A stretch of 64,000 bases of DNA from Promethearchaeota archaeon (GTDB lineage Archaea > Asgardarchaeota > Lokiarchaeia > Sigyniarchaeales > SOKP01). The notes below the pieces were generated by a model. That model was not told the origin of the DNA. It ran no database searches and saw only the letters and a program-made list of their open reading frames with translations. Location: the NCBI GenBank assembly GCA_019057795.1, contig JAHLWS010000060.1, positions 15,432-79,431 on the forward strand, read 5' to 3'. Below, piece by piece: positions 39,748-48,948 of this stretch. Position 1 is the first letter of the stretch; the number at the start of each line of letters is the position of its first letter. The position numbers and the translations under genes are program-made.

Positions 39748-40989
39748 TTAAGATTTCTTTAGTTTTTTACTTACAAGGATTGTAACGACGGAAAGAATGC
39801 CAATTAGAACGAATAGATTATATCCCGGGATTTTAAACTCAGGTCCATCGTCCCAAATCGGGAAATTGTCTTGAGAACTTGCCGTACCTGTAATATCATA
39901 TGAAGTATCTCCTATACCGTCATCGTTAGCATCAACCCCAGGATAATCTGACCAATAATTACCTATTGTTCCATTATCCCATTGGTTATTATTCCCATTA
40001 TCTTCAGCATTAGCGTCAAGATTATTAATAAATGTATTATTAAATATTAGATTATCATGGCCACCAGCATGTATCAAAATTCCAGCTGTATTGTTAAATA
40101 TTGTGTTTCCCGATATCGTGTTATTATTACCATAAAATAATTCTATCCCCACTTCTCCGTTGGAATTTACATTGTTTCCCGAAATGGTATTATTATTAAA
40201 GTCTCCTAAATACATTCCCATTCTTGAGTTCCCTGTAATGTTGTTAAGGGATAGAATATTATTATTACCACTTAATTCAATGCCATATAGTCCAGTTCCA
40301 TAGCCACCATTGTTGCATGCGGTGTTTCTTGAAACATTGTTATTATCACCACCAATACTTATACCCACAACTTTGTTATAACTCGCGATGTTTTCTGAAA
40401 TGATGCTATAATTTCCCCCTAAACCCATTCCACTATTATTGTTATGATTTGCTGTGTTTTTGACAAAGGTGTTATTATCACCAATCATACTCATACCCGT
40501 ATCGCTGTTATAACTTACGGTGTTTTCCGAAATGATGCAATTATTACAATCTTCTACCTGTATACCATAGTCGTTATAACTTGCATTATTTCCCGTAACG
40601 ATGTTGTTATCACATGAATATATGTCTATTCCAATAAATGAATTATAAACCGTACAATTTTCAACCTTGAAATATACGCTTGAAAATTGAATCCAGATGC
40701 CAGTTCCCGAGCCTCCACCATCTATCACCAAGTCTTCTATGACATAAGGATCGGAATAGGTACCAGAGCCTGTGCATATTCCCGCAGTCACGGCATCAGT
40801 CCAATTATTGTAGATATGAATTTTTCCCGATACTTTAGAGATTTTCAAATTTTCGTCGTTAAAGTTAATGACATTGCTGAAATCCGACTCTTTATTAACC
40901 GCAGTAAAAATAGGATTACTGTTAATTATGAGTAAGGATGCGAAAACGATTCCAATCGTAACACAAATTATTTTATTTTTTCTTATCAT
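39748..40989 (-). CDS. NosD/right-handed beta-helix cell-surface protein with IPGY-TM-basic C-terminal sorting signal
   Basis: N-terminal hydrophobic signal, GSGTYSDPYVIED, Asn-rich PbH1 repeats, GNYWSDY..D..DDGIGD, IPGYNLFVLIGIL...KKLKKS. Confidence 0.88.
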   Translation of the reverse strand: MIRKNKIICVTIGIVFASLLIINSNPIFTAVNKESDFSNVINFNDENLKISKVSGKIHIYNNWTDAVTAGICTGSGTYSDPYVIEDLVIDGGGSGTGIWIQFSSVYFKVENCTVYNSFIGIDIYSCDNNIVTGNNASYNDYGIQVEDCNNCIISENTVSYNSDTGMSMIGDNNTFVKNTANHNNNSGMGLGGNYSIISENIASYNKVVGISIGGDNNNVSRNTACNNGGYGTGLYGIELSGNNNILSLNNITGNSRMGMYLGDFNNNTISGNNVNSNGEVGIELFYGNNNTISGNTIFNNTAGILIHAGGHDNLIFNNTFINNLDANAEDNGNNNQWDNGTIGNYWSDYPGVDANDDGIGDTSYDITGTASSQDNFPIWDDGPEFKIPGYNLFVLIGILSVVTILVSKKLKKS

Positions 40990-41024
40990 TTTATTTCACC
41001 TAAAATTTTTGTTATTTAATCATT

Positions 41025-42344
41025 TCAATAAGATTTCTTTATTTTCTTACTTAAAACGATTGCTACAATGGGTAGGATGCCAAGAAGAACGTATAGATTA
41101 TATCCCGGGATTTTAAACTCAGGTCCATCGTCCCAAATCGGGAAATTGTCTTGAGAACTTGCCGCACCTGTAATATCATATGGAGTATCTCCTATACCGT
41201 CATCGTTAGCATCAACTCCAGGATAATCTGACCAATAATTTCCTAATGTACTACTATTCCAATTGTTATTATTCCCATTATCTTCAGCATTAGCGTCAAT
41301 ATTATTAATAAACGTATTATTAAACACTAGATTATCAGAACAACCAGCGGATATCAATACTCCCGTGCCCGTGTTATCAATTATTTGATTTCCTTCAATA
41401 ATATTTAGTCCACTCTGTCCATCAAGGAGAAAACCATAGTTGTTATATTTTACGAAATTTCTGGTAATGTTATTGGATAATGCGTTAGGGCCCGAATCGG
41501 AATTCCATAAATGTATACCATATCCCGAATTATTCACGACGTAATTTCCTGAAATTGTGTTGTTTGGTGTTCTCACAGAGATACCTTGGCTATTATAACT
41601 ACAATTATTAGATAATACTAAGTTATTTGTACTGCTGGCTTGCATGTGTATTCCAAGCCATCCATTGAAACTAACAGTATTATTAACAATTTCATTATAA
41701 GAACTATTAGGGTCTAAACTAATTCCCTTATTCCCATTATTATTGACAGTATTTTCCATAATGTAATTATTACTACTCTCCATTAGATTCATGCCACATT
41801 CTGTATTACTATTAATAATATTCCCTTGAATGGTATTATTCTCACAAATTCCATCAAAAGTTATTCCTTCCCCATTAAATGAGCAATTGTTATTAATTAA
41901 TTGTCCATTCTTTGTGTTGCTTAATAGAATACCGAACATATCCCGGATACTTCCCGAATCGTAGAGGGTACAATTTTTAATCATAAAGTACACATTGGAA
42001 TTTTCAATTACGATGCAACTATCCGAACCGCCATCTATTACGAAATCCTCTATGACATAAGGGGAAGAATATGTACCATCACCGGTACATTTACCCGCCG
42101 CCTTAGTAGCAATCCAATTAAAACTTGGATTATCATCATCAATATAAATTGGTCCCGATATTTTTGAGAGTTTCAAATTTTGGTTGTCGAAATTTTCTGA
42201 ATATTTATCGTTTATTCCCGCATTAAAACTGAGATAATTGGAAATTGTAGGTGATAAAGCGAATATGATTCCCAGCGTGATTAAAATCAGTATTATTGAT
42301 TTTGCACTTGATTTCATTTGAATTACTTTTCTTCGCATTTTCAT
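41025..42344 (-). CDS. NosD/beta-helix cell-surface protein with IPGY sorting tail, paralog 2
   Basis: Same architecture; C-terminal DNA nearly identical to the neighbouring paralogs. Confidence 0.88.
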   Translation of the reverse strand: MKMRRKVIQMKSSAKSIILILITLGIIFALSPTISNYLSFNAGINDKYSENFDNQNLKLSKISGPIYIDDDNPSFNWIATKAAGKCTGDGTYSSPYVIEDFVIDGGSDSCIVIENSNVYFMIKNCTLYDSGSIRDMFGILLSNTKNGQLINNNCSFNGEGITFDGICENNTIQGNIINSNTECGMNLMESSNNYIMENTVNNNGNKGISLDPNSSYNEIVNNTVSFNGWLGIHMQASSTNNLVLSNNCSYNSQGISVRTPNNTISGNYVVNNSGYGIHLWNSDSGPNALSNNITRNFVKYNNYGFLLDGQSGLNIIEGNQIIDNTGTGVLISAGCSDNLVFNNTFINNIDANAEDNGNNNNWNSSTLGNYWSDYPGVDANDDGIGDTPYDITGAASSQDNFPIWDDGPEFKIPGYNLYVLLGILPIVAIVLSKKIKKSY

Positions 42345-42588
42345 TTACCTTCTTTTTTTATCAAATTTCATTATCAATTATAATTATATTTATTGATAAC
42401 GATCAAATTTCTATTGTTGATTATGGAATATAAAGATTATGCTGAAATTAACCAGTAAATTTTTACTTTTACCGGTAAAGTAGGTAATAATTAGGTTAAT
42501 ATCCTTTATATACATTTTAGTCTATTAGGGAACAAATCAATTAATATTTTTGCCAATTAGGTTTAGTGGGTAATCATGATATAATGAT
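42324..42588. repeat. About 265 bp duplicated upstream/promoter region, copy 1, ending in 13-bp repeat copy 2 (42576..42588)
   Basis: Near-identical to 43996..44260. Confidence 0.9.
42468..42479. promoter_or_regulatory. Palindrome TTTACCGGTAAA, putative regulator site
   Basis: Perfect 12-bp palindrome, also at 44140..44151, upstream of the beta-helix genes. Confidence 0.4.
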
Positions 42589-42651
42589 TAATAAAAAAGG
42601 TTAAGTACTAAGTATTTTTGAAAAATAAAACAAAAAGGAAAAAAATTATTT

Positions 42652-44016
42652 TTAATATTTCTTCAGTTTTTTACTTAAAGTGATTGATACAACTGATAGA
42701 ATGCCAAGTAGAACGAATAGATTATATCCCGGGATTTTAAATTCAGCTCCATCGTCCCAAATCGGGAAATTGTCTTGAGAACCTGCAGAACCATTAATAG
42801 TATATGGAGTATCTCCTATACCGTCATCGTTAGCATCAACCCCAGGATAATCTGACCAATAATTACCTATTGTTCCATTATCCCATTGGTTATTTGTTCC
42901 TTCATCATAACCATTATTAACTAAATTCCCTTCAATCGTGTTACTGAATATAATATTATTTTTGCTGTCAGGTCCTAATTGAATTCCAGATTCGTCATTA
43001 AAGCCTATAGTGTTTCCTGAAATAAAATTATTACTGCTTGTTATTATAATCCCGTTTCCATTATTAGTTATAATATTATCTAAAAAGGTTTGATTGTCAT
43101 GGTATACTTCTATTCCGATAGCGGAACTATCATTAACGTAATTGGCTATCACTGTGTTATTATGACTTTGCTCAACAAAACATATTCCCCATGTATTATT
43201 GTTAACAAAATTTTTTGAAATCCAATTATTATTACTGCTCCCATGGAAACCTATCCCATCGCCACTAGAGTGCTTAACGGTATTATTAAAAATTATTGTA
43301 TAATTTGTATTACCTAGACCAATTCCGCCACCATTATTTAACATTATATTTCCTGAAACAATATTATTATCTGTCTCTAATAAACTGATCCCCACTTCCC
43401 CGTTGTGATTTGCAGTGTTTCCCGAAATAGTATTATTATAGCTATTAGCTATAATTAGCCCATTATCAATGCTCTTGCTTATGATGTTTCCAGAGATGGT
43501 GTTATTATCACTAGATTCTAAGTATATACCAATATAGTTGTCATGAATAATATTGTCAATTAATTGCCCATTATCAACATCTATTGCAAGTTTGATTCCT
43601 GTATCATCCCAATTATTTCCTGAATTGTAAAGAGTACAATTTTCAATATTGAAATACACATCGGAATTTTGTATCCAGATACAACTTCCCGAGCCTCCGC
43701 CATCTATTACCAAATCTTCAATAACATAAGGATCGGAAAATGTGCCTGAACCTGTACACCATGAATAAATACTCTCTGTAGCAGACCAATTATTGTCAAT
43801 GTGAATCTTTCCCGAAACTGCTGAGAGTTTCAAATTTTCGGTATCTAAATTAATATCATCGCTATATTCTGCCCTTTTGCTGCTATTGCCCGTAATAAAA
43901 CTAAGATTAGTGGTAATTACAGGTGAGAAAGCGAACATGATTCCTAACACGATTAAAATCAATATTATTGATTTTGCCTTTGATTTCATTTTAACTACTT
44001 TTCTTCGCATTTTCAT
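42652..44016 (-). CDS. NosD/beta-helix cell-surface protein with IPGY sorting tail, paralog 3
   Basis: Same architecture, ends IPGYNLFVLLGILSVVSITLSKKLKKY. Confidence 0.88.
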   Translation of the reverse strand: MKMRRKVVKMKSKAKSIILILIVLGIMFAFSPVITTNLSFITGNSSKRAEYSDDINLDTENLKLSAVSGKIHIDNNWSATESIYSWCTGSGTFSDPYVIEDLVIDGGGSGSCIWIQNSDVYFNIENCTLYNSGNNWDDTGIKLAIDVDNGQLIDNIIHDNYIGIYLESSDNNTISGNIISKSIDNGLIIANSYNNTISGNTANHNGEVGISLLETDNNIVSGNIMLNNGGGIGLGNTNYTIIFNNTVKHSSGDGIGFHGSSNNNWISKNFVNNNTWGICFVEQSHNNTVIANYVNDSSAIGIEVYHDNQTFLDNIITNNGNGIIITSSNNFISGNTIGFNDESGIQLGPDSKNNIIFSNTIEGNLVNNGYDEGTNNQWDNGTIGNYWSDYPGVDANDDGIGDTPYTINGSAGSQDNFPIWDDGAEFKIPGYNLFVLLGILSVVSITLSKKLKKY

Positions 44017-44260
44017 TTACCTTCTTTTTTTATCAAATTTCATTATCAATTATAATTATATTTATTGATAACGATCAAATTTCTATTGTTGATTATGGAA
44101 TATAAAGATTATTCTGAAATTAACCAGTAAATTTTTACTTTTACCGGTAAAGTAGGTAATAATTAGGTTAATTTCATTTATATTCGTTTCAACCTATTAG
44201 GGAACAAATCAATTAATATTTTTGCCAATTAGGTTTAACGGGTAATCATGATATAATGAT
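43996..44260. repeat. About 265 bp duplicated upstream region, copy 2, ending in 13-bp repeat copy 3 (44248..44260)
   Basis: Near-identical to 42324..42588; similarity stops right after ATGATATAATGAT. Confidence 0.9.
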
Positions 44261-44352
44261 CAAAGCGTCGTGTTGTAAAGAAAGTGGTATAAAATGGGAT
44301 AAATTAAACATAAGTTTTAAAGAACAATTTGATTGATTAATATGTATAAAAA

Positions 44353-44589
44353 ATGAAAAATTTAGATAAATGGTTTTTATTAAGTTGGAAGAAAGTAGCA
44401 ATAATTATTATAGCTTGGATTGCTTCTGTTGTTCTACATAATCTTGTTTATGCCATCTTTTCTGATTATTTTAATGCGACGATCGGTGGAGACGAGCCTT
44501 TTTTCTTTTTGATTGCTATATTTGTAATTCCAACTTATATAGTAGTTTCAATTATCTATACAATAATAAATAAATTAAAAACTCCATAG
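44353..44589 (+). CDS. Small 2-TM membrane protein
   Basis: Two hydrophobic helices flanking LHNLVYA...EPFFF. Confidence 0.7.
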   Translation: MKNLDKWFLLSWKKVAIIIIAWIASVVLHNLVYAIFSDYFNATIGGDEPFFFLIAIFVIPTYIVVSIIYTIINKLKTP

Positions 44590-44611
44590 ATACCATCCAA
44601 TAATCTCTATA

Positions 44612-45037
44612 TTATTCAGAAATGTTTGAATTCTCGATTAACTTTTTAACTTCATTGAATTCCTCAATAACCCAAGTATAAATAAATTCTTTTAATTCAG
44701 CAATATTGTCGCTTTCAGATATTTTATCCTTTAAATCATTGTAAGGAAATCCAATTCTCGTATTCTGTAGGCGGGCAATTTCAAATCCAAACTTCAATAA
44801 AGAATAACTAACAAGCTCTCTTATGAGGGGTGCTGTTAGTATTTTAAGATTTGATGAGGTTACAAAACGAAAAACATCAAGAGTTACTTTTTCAGCGTCT
44901 TGTTCTGAAAGCTCGGTTTCTTTTCGTAATGAATTATATATACGGATAGGTTCAAATCTTTTTTTTTTAATTACTCCGGATTCTTTATCCTTGTATAACA
45001 CTTCAGGTAAGGAATGAACGATTTTATTTTCAAACAT
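44612..45037 (-). CDS. Stand-alone ATP-cone domain protein (resembles the archaeal NrdD N-terminus)
   Basis: FEPIRIYNSLRKETEL...AEKV...LTAPLIRELV..LL..G.E.AR...TRIG.P. Confidence 0.75.
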   Translation of the reverse strand: MFENKIVHSLPEVLYKDKESGVIKKKRFEPIRIYNSLRKETELSEQDAEKVTLDVFRFVTSSNLKILTAPLIRELVSYSLLKFGFEIARLQNTRIGFPYNDLKDKISESDNIAELKEFIYTWVIEEFNEVKKLIENSNISE

Positions 45038-45334
45038 AATAAAAAGTTAATTGTCTAAATAATAATTATTAAAAGAAAGTAATTATTTTAAAAAATTTTT
45101 ATTTATCTTTTATTAAATCTTGTTAAAAACATTTTTTTTTATTTAAGGGTCTCGTCTTTATAGAATATAAGGTATGTTATAGAAAAATTATTTTTAATCT
45201 TGAAAATATTGATATATTAGAATTGATTTAGAAGAATTAAGAAAAATAAATATTTATCTTTTGATTTAATAATAGCCTTACTTTGCCTAATATCTTTTAA
45301 ATCTTGATGATAATCGAAAAAACTTCAAATAATT

Positions 45335-46747
45335 ATGTCGAAACCAAAAACAGAGATCATAAAGTCAATTGTTTTAAGTGTGTTTGACGACGATGGTCCA
45401 ACTCCAAAAATATATTGGCCAAGTAATATGGACGAATCTTCGCGATTATTAATTGCAATGAAAACGATTAGCTTACTTATGGGCGATTCAATATATCAAA
45501 ATAGTACATCTACAGAAGAAGTAAACTATTTTGGAATATTACCCTTTCCTGATTTAAAGTTTAATGGATTAACTTACTTTTTTCTAATTTATGATCCAAA
45601 AGCAAGAGGAAATGCTAAAGCGGCTACAATAACTGTGTTAATAAACGAGGAAGATAGGGTTTTTTTCTACGAAAATATGAAATATTTAAGAGTAATTATC
45701 GATAGTGCCGCCTCAAAAGTTCAATTAACAAAATCTTTAGAAGAAAATGAAGTTATCATAAATGAATTAAGAGAAGAATTGTTAGAATTTACAAGTGAAA
45801 TAAAAGACCCATTTTCTTTAAAACGACAAATCAAAATTTTATTTACCGGTTTAGACAAGGCAGGTAAAACGGTTTTTCTTCTGGCGGTTCAAAAGCGATA
45901 TTCTGAGATTATTAAAGCGTTACCGACCAAAGGAGTAGCAAGAACGGAAGAAAAGATATTTGAAGAACAAAACTCGACTATATCAATTTGGGATCTAGGT
46001 GGGCAAAAGCAATATCGCGAAAAGTTTCTCGAACAACGCAAGATTTACTTATATAACGTAGATTTACTCTTTTACATTATAGACATTCAAGATTCCGAAA
46101 GGATTGCAGAAGCAATAGAATTATTTAAAAAAGTAACAGATTCTCTACTAGAGTTAGACGAATTTCCTCCGATCGTTGTATGTCTAAATAAATACGACCC
46201 TGATATACAGAAGTCAAAAGAAATTAAAAATAATCTAAAAACTTTAAACGAAGAAATTAGTAAGATTTCTGGAGGGTTTTTCGTTAAAATTTTTGAAACC
46301 TCGATTTTTGACCATTGGTCTTTGATATCTGCTTACTCTTACGGACTTTCACAACTCAGTCCAAATAGAGAGTTGTTCGAAAACCAATTGAAACATTTCG
46401 CTAAGAAAATAAATTCTGATGCAATACTTCTGCTCAATGAAAACGGAATAATTTTGTCAAACTTTTCTAAAACAGGCATTTCCGAAAAGGTTTTTGAAAT
46501 TTCGGCGCCGCATTTCCAGACGCTCTACAAAACATTTAAGGAATTTAAGTTACTAAAACAAGATTTCTTAATTTCTTCAGGAATAACAAACCAATCTAAA
46601 AAAATAATATTTAAAAAGATCCCCGTTGAAAAATACAATCTATATTTGTTACTCTTTATGGAAAAGGATTTAAATCTAGAAAAAATCGATAAGAATTTAC
46701 CAAAATTCTCTAAAAATCTTAAGGATTTAATTCACACCTATATTTAA
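45335..46747 (+). CDS. Longin/uDENN-like (DPKARG motif) + Rag/Arf-like GTPase + Roadblock-like fusion protein
   Basis: SVFDDDGPTP, IYDPKARG; GLDKAGKT, PTKG, WDLGGQ, NKYD, TSIFD; C-terminal AILLLNENGIILS. Confidence 0.87.
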   Translation: MSKPKTEIIKSIVLSVFDDDGPTPKIYWPSNMDESSRLLIAMKTISLLMGDSIYQNSTSTEEVNYFGILPFPDLKFNGLTYFFLIYDPKARGNAKAATITVLINEEDRVFFYENMKYLRVIIDSAASKVQLTKSLEENEVIINELREELLEFTSEIKDPFSLKRQIKILFTGLDKAGKTVFLLAVQKRYSEIIKALPTKGVARTEEKIFEEQNSTISIWDLGGQKQYREKFLEQRKIYLYNVDLLFYIIDIQDSERIAEAIELFKKVTDSLLELDEFPPIVVCLNKYDPDIQKSKEIKNNLKTLNEEISKISGGFFVKIFETSIFDHWSLISAYSYGLSQLSPNRELFENQLKHFAKKINSDAILLLNENGIILSNFSKTGISEKVFEISAPHFQTLYKTFKEFKLLKQDFLISSGITNQSKKIIFKKIPVEKYNLYLLLFMEKDLNLEKIDKNLPKFSKNLKDLIHTYI

Positions 46748-46766
46748 GAGCTTAATAAAAAAAAAA

Positions 46767-47981
46767 TTAATAGGTAAGATATTCTTTTCTCTTTTTTTTG
46801 CTTGATCTAATTAAAAAAACTATCCCGATTATTACAATCCCTAATATAGAGCTAATTATTATAATAATGAGAAGATCTGGGGAATTAAAATTTGTCTCTA
46901 ATACAGTTATTTTTACATCGTAATTAAAAGTGTAAGCGTCGTGGTCGTATGCTACTGGTGACGGAATGTGTGGGAACTCTGAAATGTAATCATATCCCGG
47001 TGATGCCCCCGGCATAAAAAACCAAGCGCCGATATTTAAATTTAACCTTAGATAATCGCTTTTTTTGTAGTAGTTTGGGTTTTGTGGTTCGCAAGCAATC
47101 CATCCAATTTCGGGAATATAATATTCGACCCAAGCGTGACCTAAAAGGGTTGAAGTTCCATTTGAACTAGCTTGAAAATTAAAGACTTGTCCGACTGTCG
47201 GTTGAAGATTTGAATCTGCTGATATCAAATATCCGGTTACTTTTCTGGCGGGAATCCCTTGAATTCTCAACAAAGTAATCATTAAAGTAGAATACTCGCT
47301 ACAATCACCTAATTTATTGTCATACGCCCAAGATGCGCCTTTCTCTAAAGCGGGAAGACTTTCAGAGTAAGTAAGATAATCCGAAACCCAGCTGCTAATT
47401 TTTTGAGCCTTTTCGAGCGGATTATCACTAGGATCAACGATACTATTTGACGCAGCAATTAGATCGGGGTCGTCTCGCTCGTAATATTCTTCCGTATTGT
47501 TACAATATAAATCAAACATTTCGTCAGAAGTATTATAAGTTCCGATGTCTGAATCAAAAATAGAGCCAAATGTTACCTCGCTAAGTTTTATCTTATATTT
47601 TTGACTTAAAATAATAGTATCAGAAGTAACGCTACTTAGAGTAGCGTTAAATAAATCGTAAGTGTTATTGAATTTATCTAGCGAACCCATAATTAGAGAA
47701 TCGGTTCCCGTTATTGAATTGTATAACAGGTTAGATTCTTGATATGGGGGACAATATTGGGTAACCGTCGAATTCGGTTGTCGATCGTTTAATCGTGCGA
47801 CTTTAAAATAATAAGTCTGCGGAGATATTCGAGTATGTGTAAAGGTGTAGTTAAGTTCTACTTGATATGTAACGCTTTTACTAACTTCATAATTAGAGAT
47901 GCCTTCAGCTGAAGCAATTGACATTAAGTTCATTGGAAAAAGAAAGATTAACAATAAAAATGCTATTTTATGAGTTTTCAT
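46767..47981 (-). CDS. Secreted, C-terminally membrane-anchored transglutaminase-like protein
   Basis: Signal peptide, GDCSEYS, HAWVEYY, GWIACEP; C-terminal TM followed by a basic tail. Confidence 0.88.
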   Translation of the reverse strand: MKTHKIAFLLLIFLFPMNLMSIASAEGISNYEVSKSVTYQVELNYTFTHTRISPQTYYFKVARLNDRQPNSTVTQYCPPYQESNLLYNSITGTDSLIMGSLDKFNNTYDLFNATLSSVTSDTIILSQKYKIKLSEVTFGSIFDSDIGTYNTSDEMFDLYCNNTEEYYERDDPDLIAASNSIVDPSDNPLEKAQKISSWVSDYLTYSESLPALEKGASWAYDNKLGDCSEYSTLMITLLRIQGIPARKVTGYLISADSNLQPTVGQVFNFQASSNGTSTLLGHAWVEYYIPEIGWIACEPQNPNYYKKSDYLRLNLNIGAWFFMPGASPGYDYISEFPHIPSPVAYDHDAYTFNYDVKITVLETNFNSPDLLIIIIISSILGIVIIGIVFLIRSSKKKRKEYLTY

Positions 47982-48151
47982 ATCTATTTACCTTTTTAAT
48001 TTATTCTTAAAAATTCTTATAAAGAGTATAAAATTATCTATTTTTATTTTTACTGATATTCTTACTAAAGAAATAGATTATTAAGAAAGGATTTTTACTA
48101 CTTTAGTATATTTTTTAAAAAAATTTGTTAATCTGTTAAGGGGAAAATACT

Positions 48152-48793
48152 ATTATCTATAAGATTTTTTTAATTGATTCCGACAATGGGATCTCAATAC
48201 TAGAAGCTACGTTTAAAGAACTAAAAAAAGATAAAATACCTAACGGTGTCATACCGGGTTTCTTCAAAGAAATAAACGATATTATTGATGTAATCCAAGC
48301 TGCTATGGTTAAGGGAAAAAATGGAAACGAAATTATTAGAATTGTCGAATCTGAAAACTCTACCATTATTATTATTTATCATCCCCTTTCAAGAATCCTA
48401 TTTTGTTCAATTTCTGACGCAGATGATGATATAGATAAATTAATTGAAGTAAATAAAAAAATCACTAACAGATTTTGGAAAAAACACCAATCAGATATAA
48501 AAATCTTTAGAACAACTTCAGAAAAATCTAGATTTCAAACGATTATTGCTGATATCGAAAATTTGACCCGTGGAGGAACGATAGCAGAGGTTTTTCCAAA
48601 ATTGCTTGTCGTAAAAAATGTTATGGAAAAGATTTTGGCAATGGGAATGATTAGCGAATATGATTTTCAAGTTGCTTTAAAATGCACTGGTAATGCCTCA
48701 CCGCTAAGAATCGCGAGGGATTTAGGTAAAACGCGGAACATTGTTAACGAAGTTTTAAAAAGATTAGAGCAATTAGACATAATTAAACTTTAA
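48152..48793 (+). CDS. Longin-like + winged-helix protein; probable true start upstream of the 48305 ATG (ATT at 48152)
   Basis: Frame open from 48140 reading IIYKIFLIDSDNGISILE...GFFKEIN (longin beta1-beta2-alpha1); C-terminal SPLRIARDLGKTRNIVNEVLKRLEQLDII wHTH. Confidence 0.65.
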   Translation: MIYKIFLIDSDNGISILEATFKELKKDKIPNGVIPGFFKEINDIIDVIQAAMVKGKNGNEIIRIVESENSTIIIIYHPLSRILFCSISDADDDIDKLIEVNKKITNRFWKKHQSDIKIFRTTSEKSRFQTIIADIENLTRGGTIAEVFPKLLVVKNVMEKILAMGMISEYDFQVALKCTGNASPLRIARDLGKTRNIVNEVLKRLEQLDIIKL

Positions 48794-48948
48794 AAAGTAT
48801 TTTTCTATAGAATTTCTTTATAGTTAAAAGTGTAATGTACTTGGAGTTATCACTAAATAATAAGTTAAACCACACTCAAATAGAAAAAAATAAAAGGTTT
48901 CTATTTTTATCTAAATTACTTTATTATCAATTTAGTGGTACTTAGATC

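Noticed and set aside
39671-44260. CRISPR array or diversity-generating retroelement explaining the repeats
   Set aside because: No regularly spaced short repeats, no cas or reverse transcriptase gene, and differences between repeats are not adenine-specific
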